A stretch of DNA of 64,000 nucleotides from Phoronis australis (taxonomy: Eukaryota; Animalia; Phoronida). The DNA is taken from contig NMRA01000282.1 in the NCBI GenBank assembly GCA_002633005.1, forward strand, positions 395,748 through 459,747, in the 5' to 3' direction. Below are positions 35,664-48,400 of the stretch, piece by piece. A model generated the notes under the pieces. It was not told where the DNA came from, did no database searches, and worked only from the letters and a program-made list of their open reading frames with translations. Numbering within the stretch: position 1 is the stretch's first letter; each line of letters begins with the position of its first letter. The position numbers and the translations under genes were made by a program.

Positions 35664-37382
35664 CTTCTTAAAGACTGCAGATAAAAGCAGGTACTTGACA
35701 GTAAATTAAAGTTCATCAAACCTGCTACAATATAATCGTGATAGTGCAGCTGTTTGCGATGCAGGTGTTTTTCCTTTACGAGACCTCACGCTGATAACAT
35801 TTCCAATAACTGTACACATTAAATGAGAACTAAAAAGTGTTATCATTAGTCACATGTTGCCAAAAATTTGGGTAATTGACCACTGTGTAGGGGCTTACGT
35901 CATTGACAAACATCCCCTACCAAACTTCCGGGACCATGGGTGCAACCTGTTTGCTCGAAATTGAATTTGAAATTATTTTTAACATTTTTCGTTCTCCTTT
36001 TTTAAAGGTTTGTATTAGAATACGAACTCAAGATAAGCATTTTATATTCTGTGCTCTAGTATATTGTGGATTATGAAAATGAGTGTAGTCCATATTCGCA
36101 CTTGACGACCCCTAGATTTGAGTTGCAAACTCGAGTAAAAACTCGAGATGGGAATTTGTGTAAAACTCGAAATTTCTAGTTCAAACTCAAATTTATTGCT
36201 GTACTGAGGTCATCAAGTGCAAAATAATAGTACACAGCCACTCATCACATTCTCAAACACAGGTTAGTGGACATGTATATTGAGTTGGGGCAAAACAGGT
36301 CTAACCGAAATTGTTAAAAAATAAATTTTTGAGATTAATTTCAAGTAAAAGATTAGATCCCGCGCCCTCATTGAGAGATATCACATCTACTAGACTTGAA
36401 GTTCAAAAACTCGAAAGTATTACATTGAACTGAGCCTCCATGATTTCACAGAAGCTGAGCAACAAAGGCTCATAACACAGGAAATGCAAAAACAATGCAA
36501 AAAAATGAAATATCCGATTCACAAGAGAATACTAAAGACACTCATCCAGTCACAAAGTTAGGATTATTCACTTGCTTAGTATGGCATTAATTGGACATTT
36601 TGGACCCAGCCAAATAAAATAAAATGCTAAAATAAAAAACAACAATGACGAGCCGGATTCATGAATCGCAGTACTCTCGAGTTGCAAATAGTTGTAGAGA
36701 CATCAATAATAGTATAATCGTGGAGCGTTGAAAAAGGTTAGAAAATTAATAAATGTAGAAACCCGAATAAGTGTCGTATAGACCGGAAAATGAGTCTGAA
36801 ATAAATAATTGTATAGATATGGCTATTCCGAACTCGAGAGTAAGTTAGTTACAAAGGACTTGGAAAATTATTACCCCAAGCTATGAACCTGACCAATCTT
36901 AATACCGTAGTTCTCAACTTCTTTGAAACAAAAGATGAGCGCAACTGTTGTTGGAACACACTAATTAACCCAGACACATAATTCTGAAAACAAAATTAAT
37001 GCGCTAAATTGCTCCCATGGCTACCTGAAACGTAACAAAATCCAAGACCTGCAAAAATTTTGAATATGTGATGTGACTGTCAATTTCTATTTCTATTGGT
37101 GGGTTCAGATCGCGTCATAAGATTGGCATGTACGTCATCACTAAACAACTATAATGCCACAGCCCTATGGCACTGAACTTGCAAAAACATTGACAAGGAA
37201 TTCTACATCAAGGCAGCACTTCAATTCTGAGGAAGGAAGTTCTGATTTCCCATGTGTGTAGGTACATACTGTAATTGTCCACTTATTTCTTACAAAAATA
37301 ACTTAGCAAAAAATGTTATTCTGTTTTTCCAGAACAAAACTGTCGCAATGAAATTTTCATGGTTTACAGGTTTAAGAAGATC

Positions 37383-37650
37383 CACCGTAGATTTCCGTAT
37401 ATAATTCCAGCAGAATATATGCCCAATTTGCGGATCTTAAATTTTTTCCCTAAAATATACCTGGATGCATATCTGACAATAAAAATGCATGCTTAAAATC
37501 TAAAAATAATGCTATTCCCACTAGAATATAATTAGGGTGAGCTTCAGTACTTATACTGAGTTCGTGTATTCGACATTGCCGAGTATAGGCCCTGGTGTAT
37601 TTTTACATAGACGTTTGGTTTCCCGAACTTATATACGGAAATCGCTGGTA
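37383..37650. mobile_element. MITE with ~21-bp TIRs
   Basis: caccgtagatttccgtatataa ... ttatatacggaaatcgctggta. Confidence 0.6.
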
Positions 37651-38117
37651 ATACTTCCCAAAATTATTTACCCTTGCTGCAAGTAAGGCATCACCTCGGG
37701 TAAAAATAGAACAATAATAATTAGCAATGTAACAGTCATCTCTTTCGAATCAAACACAATTAAATACACTTACAGCTGAAATGCCTCTAAAACTATCTTA
37801 AGTACTATAAAAAGCATGGTCTGTAGTTTAAGATCATGTTTCTTTTTTGTCTCAGAACTATCAACTGGCGGCGGTGACATGGACAAGAAGACCAGGCCCT
37901 GTGGAAAGTAGATGTGAAACTGAGGTCAGAAACACCTATAAGGTCCCAGGCTCGTTGCATCGGACTGCAGGTCCTGTATTCTTGTTAGCCTACCCCTAAG
38001 ACCGCAAGAAGCAACGACTATCAAATCTGATTCAACTGACTTATCATTTTTCGAAATGATTGGGGGATTTTCTTACGGTCGCCGCAGACAGAGATTGAGT
38101 GCCACAGGGTCCCGCTT

Positions 38118-38259
38118 GGGCGGCGCAGCACTGAAAAAAGTGGGGGGCTAAAGCCCCCTCAGACCCCTGTGGTGCATCGCCTACTGACCATGCGTGGTGT
38201 AGCACTGAAAAAAGTGGGGGGTTATAGCCCCCCAGCCCCCCCATGGTGCGCCGCCCATG
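38118..38259. mobile_element. ~140-bp GC-rich hAT-type MITE (same family as 34580-34721)
   Basis: tgggcggcgca ... tgcgccgcccatg TIRs, flanked by duplicated tcccgct. Confidence 0.7.
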
Positions 38260-41200
38260 TCCCGCTGTCCTCAGTTGTCGGGATTCATCTTAATCTCGGG
38301 ACACCATGGAGTCCAGGTTGTTGTACCTCAGACGGTACAAGGAGCGAATTAACACGACCACAAGTACACAGACCAGTGGATGAGCAAGCAAAATTGGGTC
38401 GCCGCAAATTCAATCTTTTTAAGTCTACATATGGGTAAAGCTCGTAACGCTAGGACTTCGCTAAAAAGCAAGAATTCATGAAATTTCGTGACATATTGTG
38501 TATTTTAATTGAAAATGTCATTTTGGCAAGATTTTTCTATTCCCAAGACAGGTACTGAACTCTACCCTAGTCTTCGTTCAGGGGCACAAGGGTGTGAACC
38601 TCACGAGCACACTAGACTGAAGACTTCGAGACATATGGTCAAGTATTGCAAGCGAAGCACACGATCACACTAGCTGATCACACTAGCTTCTTTAGCGAGA
38701 TTCTAGCATATGTGATGCTTATCAGAGACAGAGAATTTGTAAGGGTAGTGAAGCGTGGTTACATGGATGTACATTAGTTTTTGATGTGTTATAGTGCAGG
38801 CACTTACACAACATAAGGCAGGAATGCAGTGTCTCTGTAGCAATTGCGTATGCATCAGCGCACCGTTCTGAGTGCTGGGCCTTGCACTGCTTAATACATT
38901 ACACAAATGAGCATTACCAAGACGACACTGAAAAACGAAAGACGTTTGAACTGAAAACAGATTTTTAATGAAAAATTTTCGTTTCAACACAAAAATTGCA
39001 TTGTCAGAAGCACGTCTGAATGTTGGTCAGTGGTGGCTCATTCCTTGCTAACTGTCCCATTCAAAATTATTAAGCAAGCCCAGAACGGCTGCACGAAGAT
39101 TTCAATCATTCGCTGGGATGCAGGTAAGTGGCAGCGAAAACTTATTGTCCCGCGATAGTTGGGCATTTGCAAAGGCCAGCACGTTTTAAAAATAAAAACG
39201 TTTCGTAAACACGCAAGTTGATGTCAGGCGTGCAAGTTCAATGTCACAGTCGGAAGTCAAACAGCATGGCCTAATTAAACCAGAGCACATGTTACGCTAC
39301 AACGAAAAGTTGCAGCCTTCGGTGTATTTCCTATTTGTATTTTCATCAGAAATTTTTGTCATGCGGAACTCGGTGATTCTTGTCATAGCTACAGCACCAA
39401 ACACAAGCTAAATGCAAGACAATCGAGTAATGGTTGTAAAAATTACAAACCCATTATTTCGATTCTCAGACTCAAGCCTTATACAGTAATAATCATCCGT
39501 TGAATGCTTTAATGACACGGGAGTTGCGTTGATCCCAAATTACCGTTTCTAAAATTTTCCTTGTCCGAAAGTGGCGGGACAAAAATCCGATGTTTATGAC
39601 ATTGTCGGAAATTCGAGGATCATTGAAAAACAGTTTTTGGACCTTGTACCAATTTCGTGGACTATGAAAAACTCATTTCGGAAATATTTATTCTTGGTCG
39701 AAAATGGCGGGCCGTCCGAAAATTGCGCGACCTTACCGTAGTAAGACGGCTATTAGCTTAAAGCGTTTTGTAATTAGAATTTTGCCACCCTAATAGTTAT
39801 TACCAGTCATTTTTGTTGTTAATAGAATTGGACATCATAACAAGGAAACAGTATTCAGTCTCAATACAAGTCTTGTACTGTATATTCACACAGACACTGA
39901 ACTTTGTGAATTGGTATTTAAATTTTAGTAACCATCACAAAAGCTTACTTAACTTTATTGCATTATTTGGAAAACTTCAATTTTATCTATGTACTGAGAC
40001 CTATGAAAAAATAAAATGAAAACTATAGATTACAAACCACGTCCCAAATTCAAGAGACTGGACGAAATTCAAGAAGCTTAGGGATGGCTTTAAAATCCTG
40101 TCTCACCTTTATGTAATGCAGGTCAACTGCTATTAGCCTACAAGGAAATAGATAAGACTCAGGTTAGACTGGCCAAAGAGGGAGCAAGGAACACTCTATA
40201 CTGGGTATGTATGGATGTTCACATAGTCATTTTATAGGTTCAAAGTTACTAGTTAACCTAAATATTTTTGATAGACAGCATTATAACATATTTAAATGTA
40301 GTTTTACCCGTAGGCCTTGCTTTGTCTAGAGTTAGCAAGAAGCACTCTTCACAGGATAAGGAAGTTCATATAGTCAATTCATTGGTTGAAAGATACCAAT
40401 TACCTATTATACTTTTGATAGATAACCAACTAATACACCTTCACTGCAGTTTTACAGGTTTCTTTTAGTCTTGTCAATGTTAGGTCTTAGAGAGAGTAAG
40501 AAACAAACGAAAATCTTTCTGGGTATGTATCTTTACGTGGTCAGTTCACAGCCGGGTTGAATTTCTTATAATTACCAAAATATTTTGGATAGACAGCATT
40601 AAATGCAGTTTTACAAGAGGCTTTTTAAGTCTGGTCAATGCTAGGCATTGGTTTGCCTGAAATTTTTATGCTCACTCTTCACTCATTTCCTTTCAACACC
40701 GAGAAATTTAAAACAGATATCAATCGACAGAGAATATCATATCCTCTATTTCTTGGCATCAGTTTTCTCAAGTGTTTATCATCTATGTAATTGTGTTTCT
40801 AAAGTATGCTTTAAGGTCAGTAGGTAGTCTTCCATAGAAAGGAGTAGACTGATAGGGACATATCTTATCACCAACTTAGGTGGGTATTTTGCTCTGGTAG
40901 GCATCACATCTCCCCAAGGGGTGGTCAATGTAATGGGGACAGCGGGATGTACTGTTGAGATCTGATGTTTTTTTTCAATTTGCTGGTACACCGTTTTGAT
41001 ATGAATTTAGGGTGTTAGCCCAGATTAAGAGGGCATAAAAATGGGAAGACCAGTCACTTTTGCTTGATTTAACTTTTGGACTGATAATACACTGCACAGT
41101 ATCTGACGTGATTTTAAAACATCAGAAAATCCAGTGACCCTGTGCCAGCAACCAATAATTAAACTTCATCTTTTGTAATTTTTTTGGATGAGATACAAAT

Positions 41201-42016
41201 ATAGGACATGTTTTAAGCCCTCTTTCAATAGGTATATACTTTAGCCACAATTCAAGGTCCTGATATAACTGACGTGCCGCGGTGTTCATCCCGCTCCAAC
41301 AGAGGACTGCCACCAACTCGATTACCACATTAACGCCAAGCAGGCAGGGGGGAGGTTAGTGTGCTGACCACATATACCATTTGAAGGTGTGCCAACCACG
41401 AACATTGCAGCCAGGAGACTCACAGATGACTTATTACAGTCAGTATGGCAAAGGACTTCATACTGTATAGACCTATTTACTAGTATTTCCATTTTATATG
41501 TAATTATCATCTCTTCAGCAAGCAATATATGTGTTATACCAAATTACTGCGTTACTACCAACACAACAATAACCATGGGTTATATTTTTCCTTTTGGCCA
41601 GGAATAAATATTGGCCAATTTGGAAGCCCAGCTACACCCCCCATCACAATAAGGTGACTCTCCATTTGGCTTTTTTGTGTCTTAGATTTAGCAAAAATGG
41701 CATCATCTCGAGTAGGCAATATAAGGCATTGAAAGGTGGGTCTAGGGTCTTGTTAACAGCGGCCTGACTCCCCATTTTCACAGACGTTCATGTTTGTATT
41801 TGTAATGTGAGTTTTAAAGGCATGTGTCAGCCATGAACACCCTGGACTTTTGTGACCGTTTTATATGCTTTTGAAAATACATAGTCATGGACAATTTCTA
41901 AGAAAAGAAATTCTTTCACAATCATAACACTCAGTGAATACCGCTAAATTTCACGTTAAAAATTATTCTTAACTGCCTGCTTAATACTTTTTTCAGCTCA
42001 TCTACACACTTAAACA

Positions 42017-42484
42017 ATGCTTTCCCTCATTCTTTGCTGCATAAGGGAGCAAGAGCGAGCCGAAAGACAGCGGCGATTTGACGAACTCGTGGAAGAACGT
42101 GGAGCCTATGTTGTACCAGCGCCAACTTCCAGGAATCCTAACCGCACCGTCGTGGTTATTCCAGCCGGCAACCGTGGAGTATCTCAAAATGGCACCCGAC
42201 CACAAAACCAACAGCAGCGTGTGCCAAGGCAAGTATTGACACACCAAGCAGGTGTACCTCCTCCACAGGGGATTGCCAGACCGAGACCAGTGCCGGCCCA
42301 CATCATACCTGTCCAGCAGCCAATAATAGCACCACCACCAGGACATGTGGTGGCACAGGTTGGCCTGTACCCACAAGCACCAGCGCCAATGGCACCAGCG
42401 CCAATGGCACCACTGCCAACGGCACCACCGCCAATGGCACCACCGCCAACGGCACCACCACCATACACAGAGAAGGCCAATTGA
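42017..42484 (+). CDS. Proline-rich 155-aa protein with N-terminal MLSLILCC and C-terminal PPPY motif
   Basis: Acceptor ctttttcag at 41996. An in-frame TAA just upstream of acaATG fixes the start. GC-richer, coding-like ORF with PMAP/PTAP tandem repeats, ending PPPYTEKAN. Confidence 0.85.
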   Translation: MLSLILCCIREQERAERQRRFDELVEERGAYVVPAPTSRNPNRTVVVIPAGNRGVSQNGTRPQNQQQRVPRQVLTHQAGVPPPQGIARPRPVPAHIIPVQQPIIAPPPGHVVAQVGLYPQAPAPMAPAPMAPLPTAPPPMAPPPTAPPPYTEKAN

Positions 42485-45400
42485 AACATGTCTCAGTAAA
42501 GTGTGACAGAACAATCGTGAAGCACGGTAACAATTAAAAGCCATTTACATAAGTGAAGATGCATACTTGTTTGCTGATACACAACCTTATATTTACAACA
42601 TGTTACAAGTGTAAAAACCAATGGGTGATCCATTGAGCTGAATGAAGATGACCAGTCTACTTGAAACAGTTAGTAGTAAAGAATGGTTGAATTTTGAAAA
42701 CATGTACTACCAAAATTTGAAACACTGGATACAAATTTCATCAAGTACAAAAAGCGAGGTAGTAATGCAATGTGTATGTGAATAGACGTGAAAATCAACA
42801 CTGCTGCAATGTGGACAAAATGTGAGCTAATAAGGATGGAAAGTGTGATGTCATCGTACTGGATCTGTCTAGGAGATTACGACATCTTGCTTCTAACTCT
42901 TTGTACTTCTCTATGGGAAATTACATGGTGTCAAAAGTTGTAACTGGACATTCACCAATTAATCTCTGTTTTAGAAAAAAAGTGGTCATCGTGGTAATAT
43001 GTATGATTCACAAATGCCGTGGCACGAGATTTTGACGGTTTGAACAAAATGATTTTATGGAAGTGAGACTTCCGTCCATTGAACTCTAGGATGCCTAGAC
43101 AATCACTTCCGTGGCTACTTTTGGGGGACAATATCATTTTGGTGGTTTTAGTATCGTTAAGTGATATTCTTTAAGAATTTAAAAAGTTCCCAAGGTTTGG
43201 CTAGCACGTTTTCGAGAAATTTGACCCATTTGGAACTTGATAAAGATTTGACACCTAAATCAAAATCAAAATATGAATGACTTAACATTTCCAATGCTTC
43301 TTCATTGAATTTGTACTTCTATCATTATAATATTGTAATAATTCTCACTCATTATTCACATGTCACTCATTGTCAACCAGCGTGGGGAGAAGACACTGAA
43401 TACAGTTATGAGTCACACTGAACACAAAATGAGCACAACATTATGTAGTAAATGTTTTCCATAATGTCAGTTTTTAAAATCTTTAACAATCAAGTGTCTT
43501 CATCAACATCATCATCATAGTTTGTTTTTTTTGAGACACTCTCGACTGTCACATAGCTCGCACCATGGCATGCGTGACTTCAAACAACAGCAGATTTTTG
43601 CACCAGTCACTTTAACATTTACCGTAAACTTGCGGGTTAACGCCCTGGGCGCTTAAATTGGGAAACCATGAGATAGGGGGTGGGCGACGCTGATTACCCA
43701 AGCAGTGGGCGTTTACGTCAAAGTTTCAACTGAACTAGGCAAGCGTGCGCGGTGTTCATTCGAGCGCAGAGCTTGTGAGTTCGGTTAATCAGCGGAGCCG
43801 GACAACCACAACGTTTCTCACAACTCAAAAAGACACAGAATTTGGATTTGAAAGGGTGATTTCAAGAAAACGTAAAAACCTCAGATGTTTTCAAATATAT
43901 TAGAACCCAGCAAAATCTACCACGAAGCTTTATGAAGCTTTAATGGCAGTCCACTTACCGCATCAGTGTGAACGGGACTACCATAGACATCTTAATGTGA
44001 TGTCTGTGGGGACTACATTTCGTTACCTGCATTAAAAACATGGACAATTCGTTTCTGGTTTACACAAACCATTTGCAATTATACGACGAGAGGGGGGGAG
44101 CTTGAATAATTGCTCAATTCAAATCTGGGTTGACTCAGGAGATAAATCCCACGTGCTCTACGGTTGCAATTACGAGAGGGGGGTTTGATTAATTGGTCAA
44201 TTCAAATCTCGGTCAACATTAAACTTCTGCAGTACCAGAATTTTTGTAAAAACTGCACAATTTACGAGTCCTCCATCATGAATACAATTTAAATTGTGTA
44301 AACGAAATGATTCATGTGTGTTTTCCATCTACTTGGACCGGAGTGTTAGGCCTGTTGATGAAAACCAATATTTCTAAAAACATATCAACTGGGTTCTCAA
44401 ACGCTTGCAACTGTGGAATTTCCATAATTTTCAGGATTTTCACAAACTCTCAAGTTGGAGCGAGTTGTATTGCTGATGTCTGACGTTGTCGACAAAAATT
44501 CAGTCCACCATTCATGACAAGGAAATTTGCCATTCGTTGACTGAGCCCGGCAGTATCACCACCATCCGGATCTAGATTACCTGTCGTATCTTCATCTGAG
44601 TCAACATCAATATCTGAAACACCTCTCGGGTTTTAAAATAATCCTTAGGCTTAGCAGTCCTTTGCCTTCCCGCGGCAAACAACATTTCTAAGTATGTAGA
44701 ATGCGCATGTCACTCGGTAACGGAAGCCAGGATAGAGTTCACTAACGTAAGGACCACGCTAAGTTAAAGGAGAATGGCACCCAAAAAACAACCTATTTTG
44801 TATCAATTTAGATCGAGTAGTTCTACTCGACAACAGCACGTTCGGTTGCATTACCTGACACCTGACGGCAGACGGAGGTGTTAAAATTATCCAATGACGT
44901 AATTGGTTTCACTCGCAGTCTGTTGAGCAGTTCACACCACGGGTTATAGGTGTCAACTTATCGCTTGAACTCATTGTTTAACACCAATGAATCACCAAGC
45001 TTTGATGTAAAACCCTCAAAAATACACCAAATTCTTATAAAAGCATGTTGTTTTATTTCGCTAGTATGGAATTACTGGTATTTGGACACACTGTAGCCTA
45101 CAAAGTTCGGCAACCCAATTTACCAAGGTCCGTAGCACTGAGGAGTTTGGGGTCTGTTGGGAGATAAATTCCAAGTATTCTTCCGTGAAATTCAGACAGG
45201 AGAACCTAGATCTGTGCTGTTATACTTGTGATTTTTTGAGTTCTAAACAAACAAAACGCTTGTTATCCCGGCCAGACTGGCTCGGAACCTGATCAGGCCT
45301 GGCGTCGCGGTCACCGGGACTGGCTGGCACGAACATAAACCAGGTTGAGTTGGAAATTAAACCTCCAGTCACGAAAAGACTATAACAGTGAGCCAAAGAA

Positions 45401-48400
45401 ATAATGTGCATGTAATTATTTATGTGAATTACCACGAACCTGAAACTCTACTTACTTGTCGAGGGCCGCGCGATGTCGGGTTCCCCTTCCACAGACCGTC
45501 AGGGCAAAGGTTGTACAGTAACAATGATTTGAATAATGTATTTGTATTTCTAAATAAAGATTCCCCCAACATGTGACCATAGCATATAAAATCGTGTAAT
45601 TGTTTCACAACAGCTTTCTATCAGCAAACACTGAATTAGCATGCGCTCACACGGCTTCGGTGCCCGGTCACCTTTGTTGCCGGCATCAAAAGCCGGTAAC
45701 ACAGTGGTATATTTATTGCTGGCTTCTCAAAACATTTTGTACTCATGAGCACTCCAAGGCATTAAAAATTGTATCTAATGACACAGACTTTGTTTCAGTT
45801 TCATATGAGCATTGTTATTGGCGAATACGGTATGTCTGAGTGTCTCAACAGGAACACAGATGTGAAATATTATTAAAATTATGTCTAAATTTGCCATTGT
45901 TTAGGAATAGTCTGCATATGAATCTGTATAATATTAGGATTATTTCATGGTTGCGAGGAAGTTGGAATGACGTCAATGGGACAGACTAGTCTACTAGTGG
46001 TATGCAGTTTAAAGTTATTTTTGAAAGTGACGATTGAAGAGCTTTCTTATTTACTTTGCCTTTTTTCAAAGTGAGGCTATCTTGCCGTAAATAAAGCCAA
46101 ATATTGTTTTATGACATTGTCAAGCAAGAAAGAAGGCTAATAATATACTAAAGTGTTGTGTAATGACATCGTAATACACTAAAATGTCTTGAATGTCATT
46201 TCTGTTTGAGAAATTTGACAAAATAAAATTTCAAAATGTCTGCCATATTGTGTCCTACATAGGTATATATAATAATCCTGCATGACAAGTTGACTCTTCA
46301 TGTACCGGTAATACCCACATACATAAACACATGCACAACTGTTAACAGAGCGTAAACAATGTCACAAAAAAGTCCAATTCATCTGCCAATGTTTTGGGGT
46401 ACAGTTATAAAAAGGTGCGTGCTATTGTCGACTGTAAATAGAACAGATAAAATTGGCAGCATAGTATTTCATACATATCTCTCATAAAAATAATTTCAAA
46501 AACATCGTTTGTCTTTTTTCAAAGGTTGATTACATTCCTAATGCTGCAAATATTGGAAACTTAACCAAAATTTATTTATGCCATATGGTAAGTGCTCTTC
46601 AATTTGGGACATAATATGACAGAGAAGTGGAAAATCAATTTATTTCATGAGGTTTCTCAACAAAAATCAATTTTCAAGGAATTTTATTACTTTGCTGAAC
46701 CATTACAGCCATCACCAAACGGCATTTGGTAAAAATTTGACCATCAGCAACAATAAAGAAAGCCTCCAAAAAACAGAAAAATGACAATTTCAGTTAATTA
46801 TTTTTGTCTCAAATTTAAGAATTTTTAACACTCTACAATAGACTCAATTTTCTCAAATTCACTGTTGTCAAGAAATTGTTGAAAACAAAATTTCACTGGT
46901 CCCCCATATTTAAATACGTGAAGAAATTTTAGAAAAATTTAAACACCCGAGCTTCAGACTCCTCCTCAATCATGGAAAAACGCTAACAGACTACAGTAGA
47001 GAAATACATGTAGTGCAAACGGTAAGTAAGTATTCTTCCTCCAACTCTGTTACCATTTTACTCAATACCTCTGACCATGAAGCATACTGTTCACGATGTT
47101 CACATTTCATTAACTTATATTAATAATTTTTAATTGTTATCAATGTTTTCGTTATTAATAATACTCTTGTATAGACAACTAATTTTTGGAGAACATTCCC
47201 ATGTAAAACCACTTTTAAAAATCCAGACAATTAATTCTTGGGTACCTAATTAATGGTATGCAATTTTTGAGAATATACGGAAAGTTGACTTTTTTGGATA
47301 AGCCCTTCCCTCGACCCCCTCGTCGAATTTTTCAAGCAAAAAACTCAGTGAAAAAACAATTTCTCTTCAATCTCACTAATGTCGCTACCTCAGACATAAC
47401 AAGAACACATTGCCTGAGGTTGTTTTTATCAGAGGGTACTGGCCTGTAATGCATGAATGTATCTCAGAAGATGTATGTCTATCATTGTTTCTAGTAAGAA
47501 TTCATTTATATCCACTTCATCAAAAACCAGTAAAAGGTATGAGGATTTCGTGGTTACAATTTTTGGTTATGCCTACAATATATTCACGACAATATGTTTC
47601 CTGCAACTGCCAGCACATTGGTGAAATCCTGTGTGCAGTGCAGTCTATTCTATTCAAAACTTGTTTACTGTTCAGGCATTAAAGGCTTCATTCAATCCAC
47701 AGCCCCTGAGTTGACCTACTTCAACTCAACAACACACCTTCATATTGGGGTACAACCAGAGAGTGACAACTGCAAAGAGGACTTCATGGATATGGTTGTG
47801 CAGAAGTGATCTAATATGAGACAAACACCATCGGCACATTGTTCTTAAATACAGAGATAGTGTTCAAGTGAACTGTGTGGTAAATGCAGCCAGGTAAGCA
47901 TTCAACAGGTAGGGTTAACTTTACGTTTGTTCAAAATCACAGCTACATATAGTTTTCTAGAATGGGGGCAGTGAGTTAGTCTAGGGCAACTCATACTGAA
48001 GTGTGGAGATGGCTTTTGTCAGCCATAAGGTCTCAAGGTGGGGGATCATCACTATGTTAAGGTATTTACTGGAAACAAAGACTAACAGGAGATAAACAAA
48101 AATAAAATGATGTTTAACAGGATAAAGCTGTGATAAAATGCTCCGGCACTTGTATGTTCAGTAATTCAGAAGTTCCCTTTCAAGCATTGGAGGACAACAG
48201 AAATTTTATTTTGTCAAGTTTCTCAAGAAAAATAAAGATCAAGAAAATTTTAATCTTTTATTATCTTGGTTTGTGATGTGAAATGTCATAAAACAATGTT
48301 TGTTACACACAGTCTTTGAAAAATGGTGTAATGACAGGTAATTATTAGTTTCTATTATAAGTAGCGAGGAAAGCAGCTTTTGAAAAATTGAAAATGTCAA

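Noticed and set aside
42002-42544. Minus-strand Trp/Cys-rich and Gly/Ala-rich ORFs
   Set aside because: Antisense shadows of the Pro-rich repeat CDS on the + strand.
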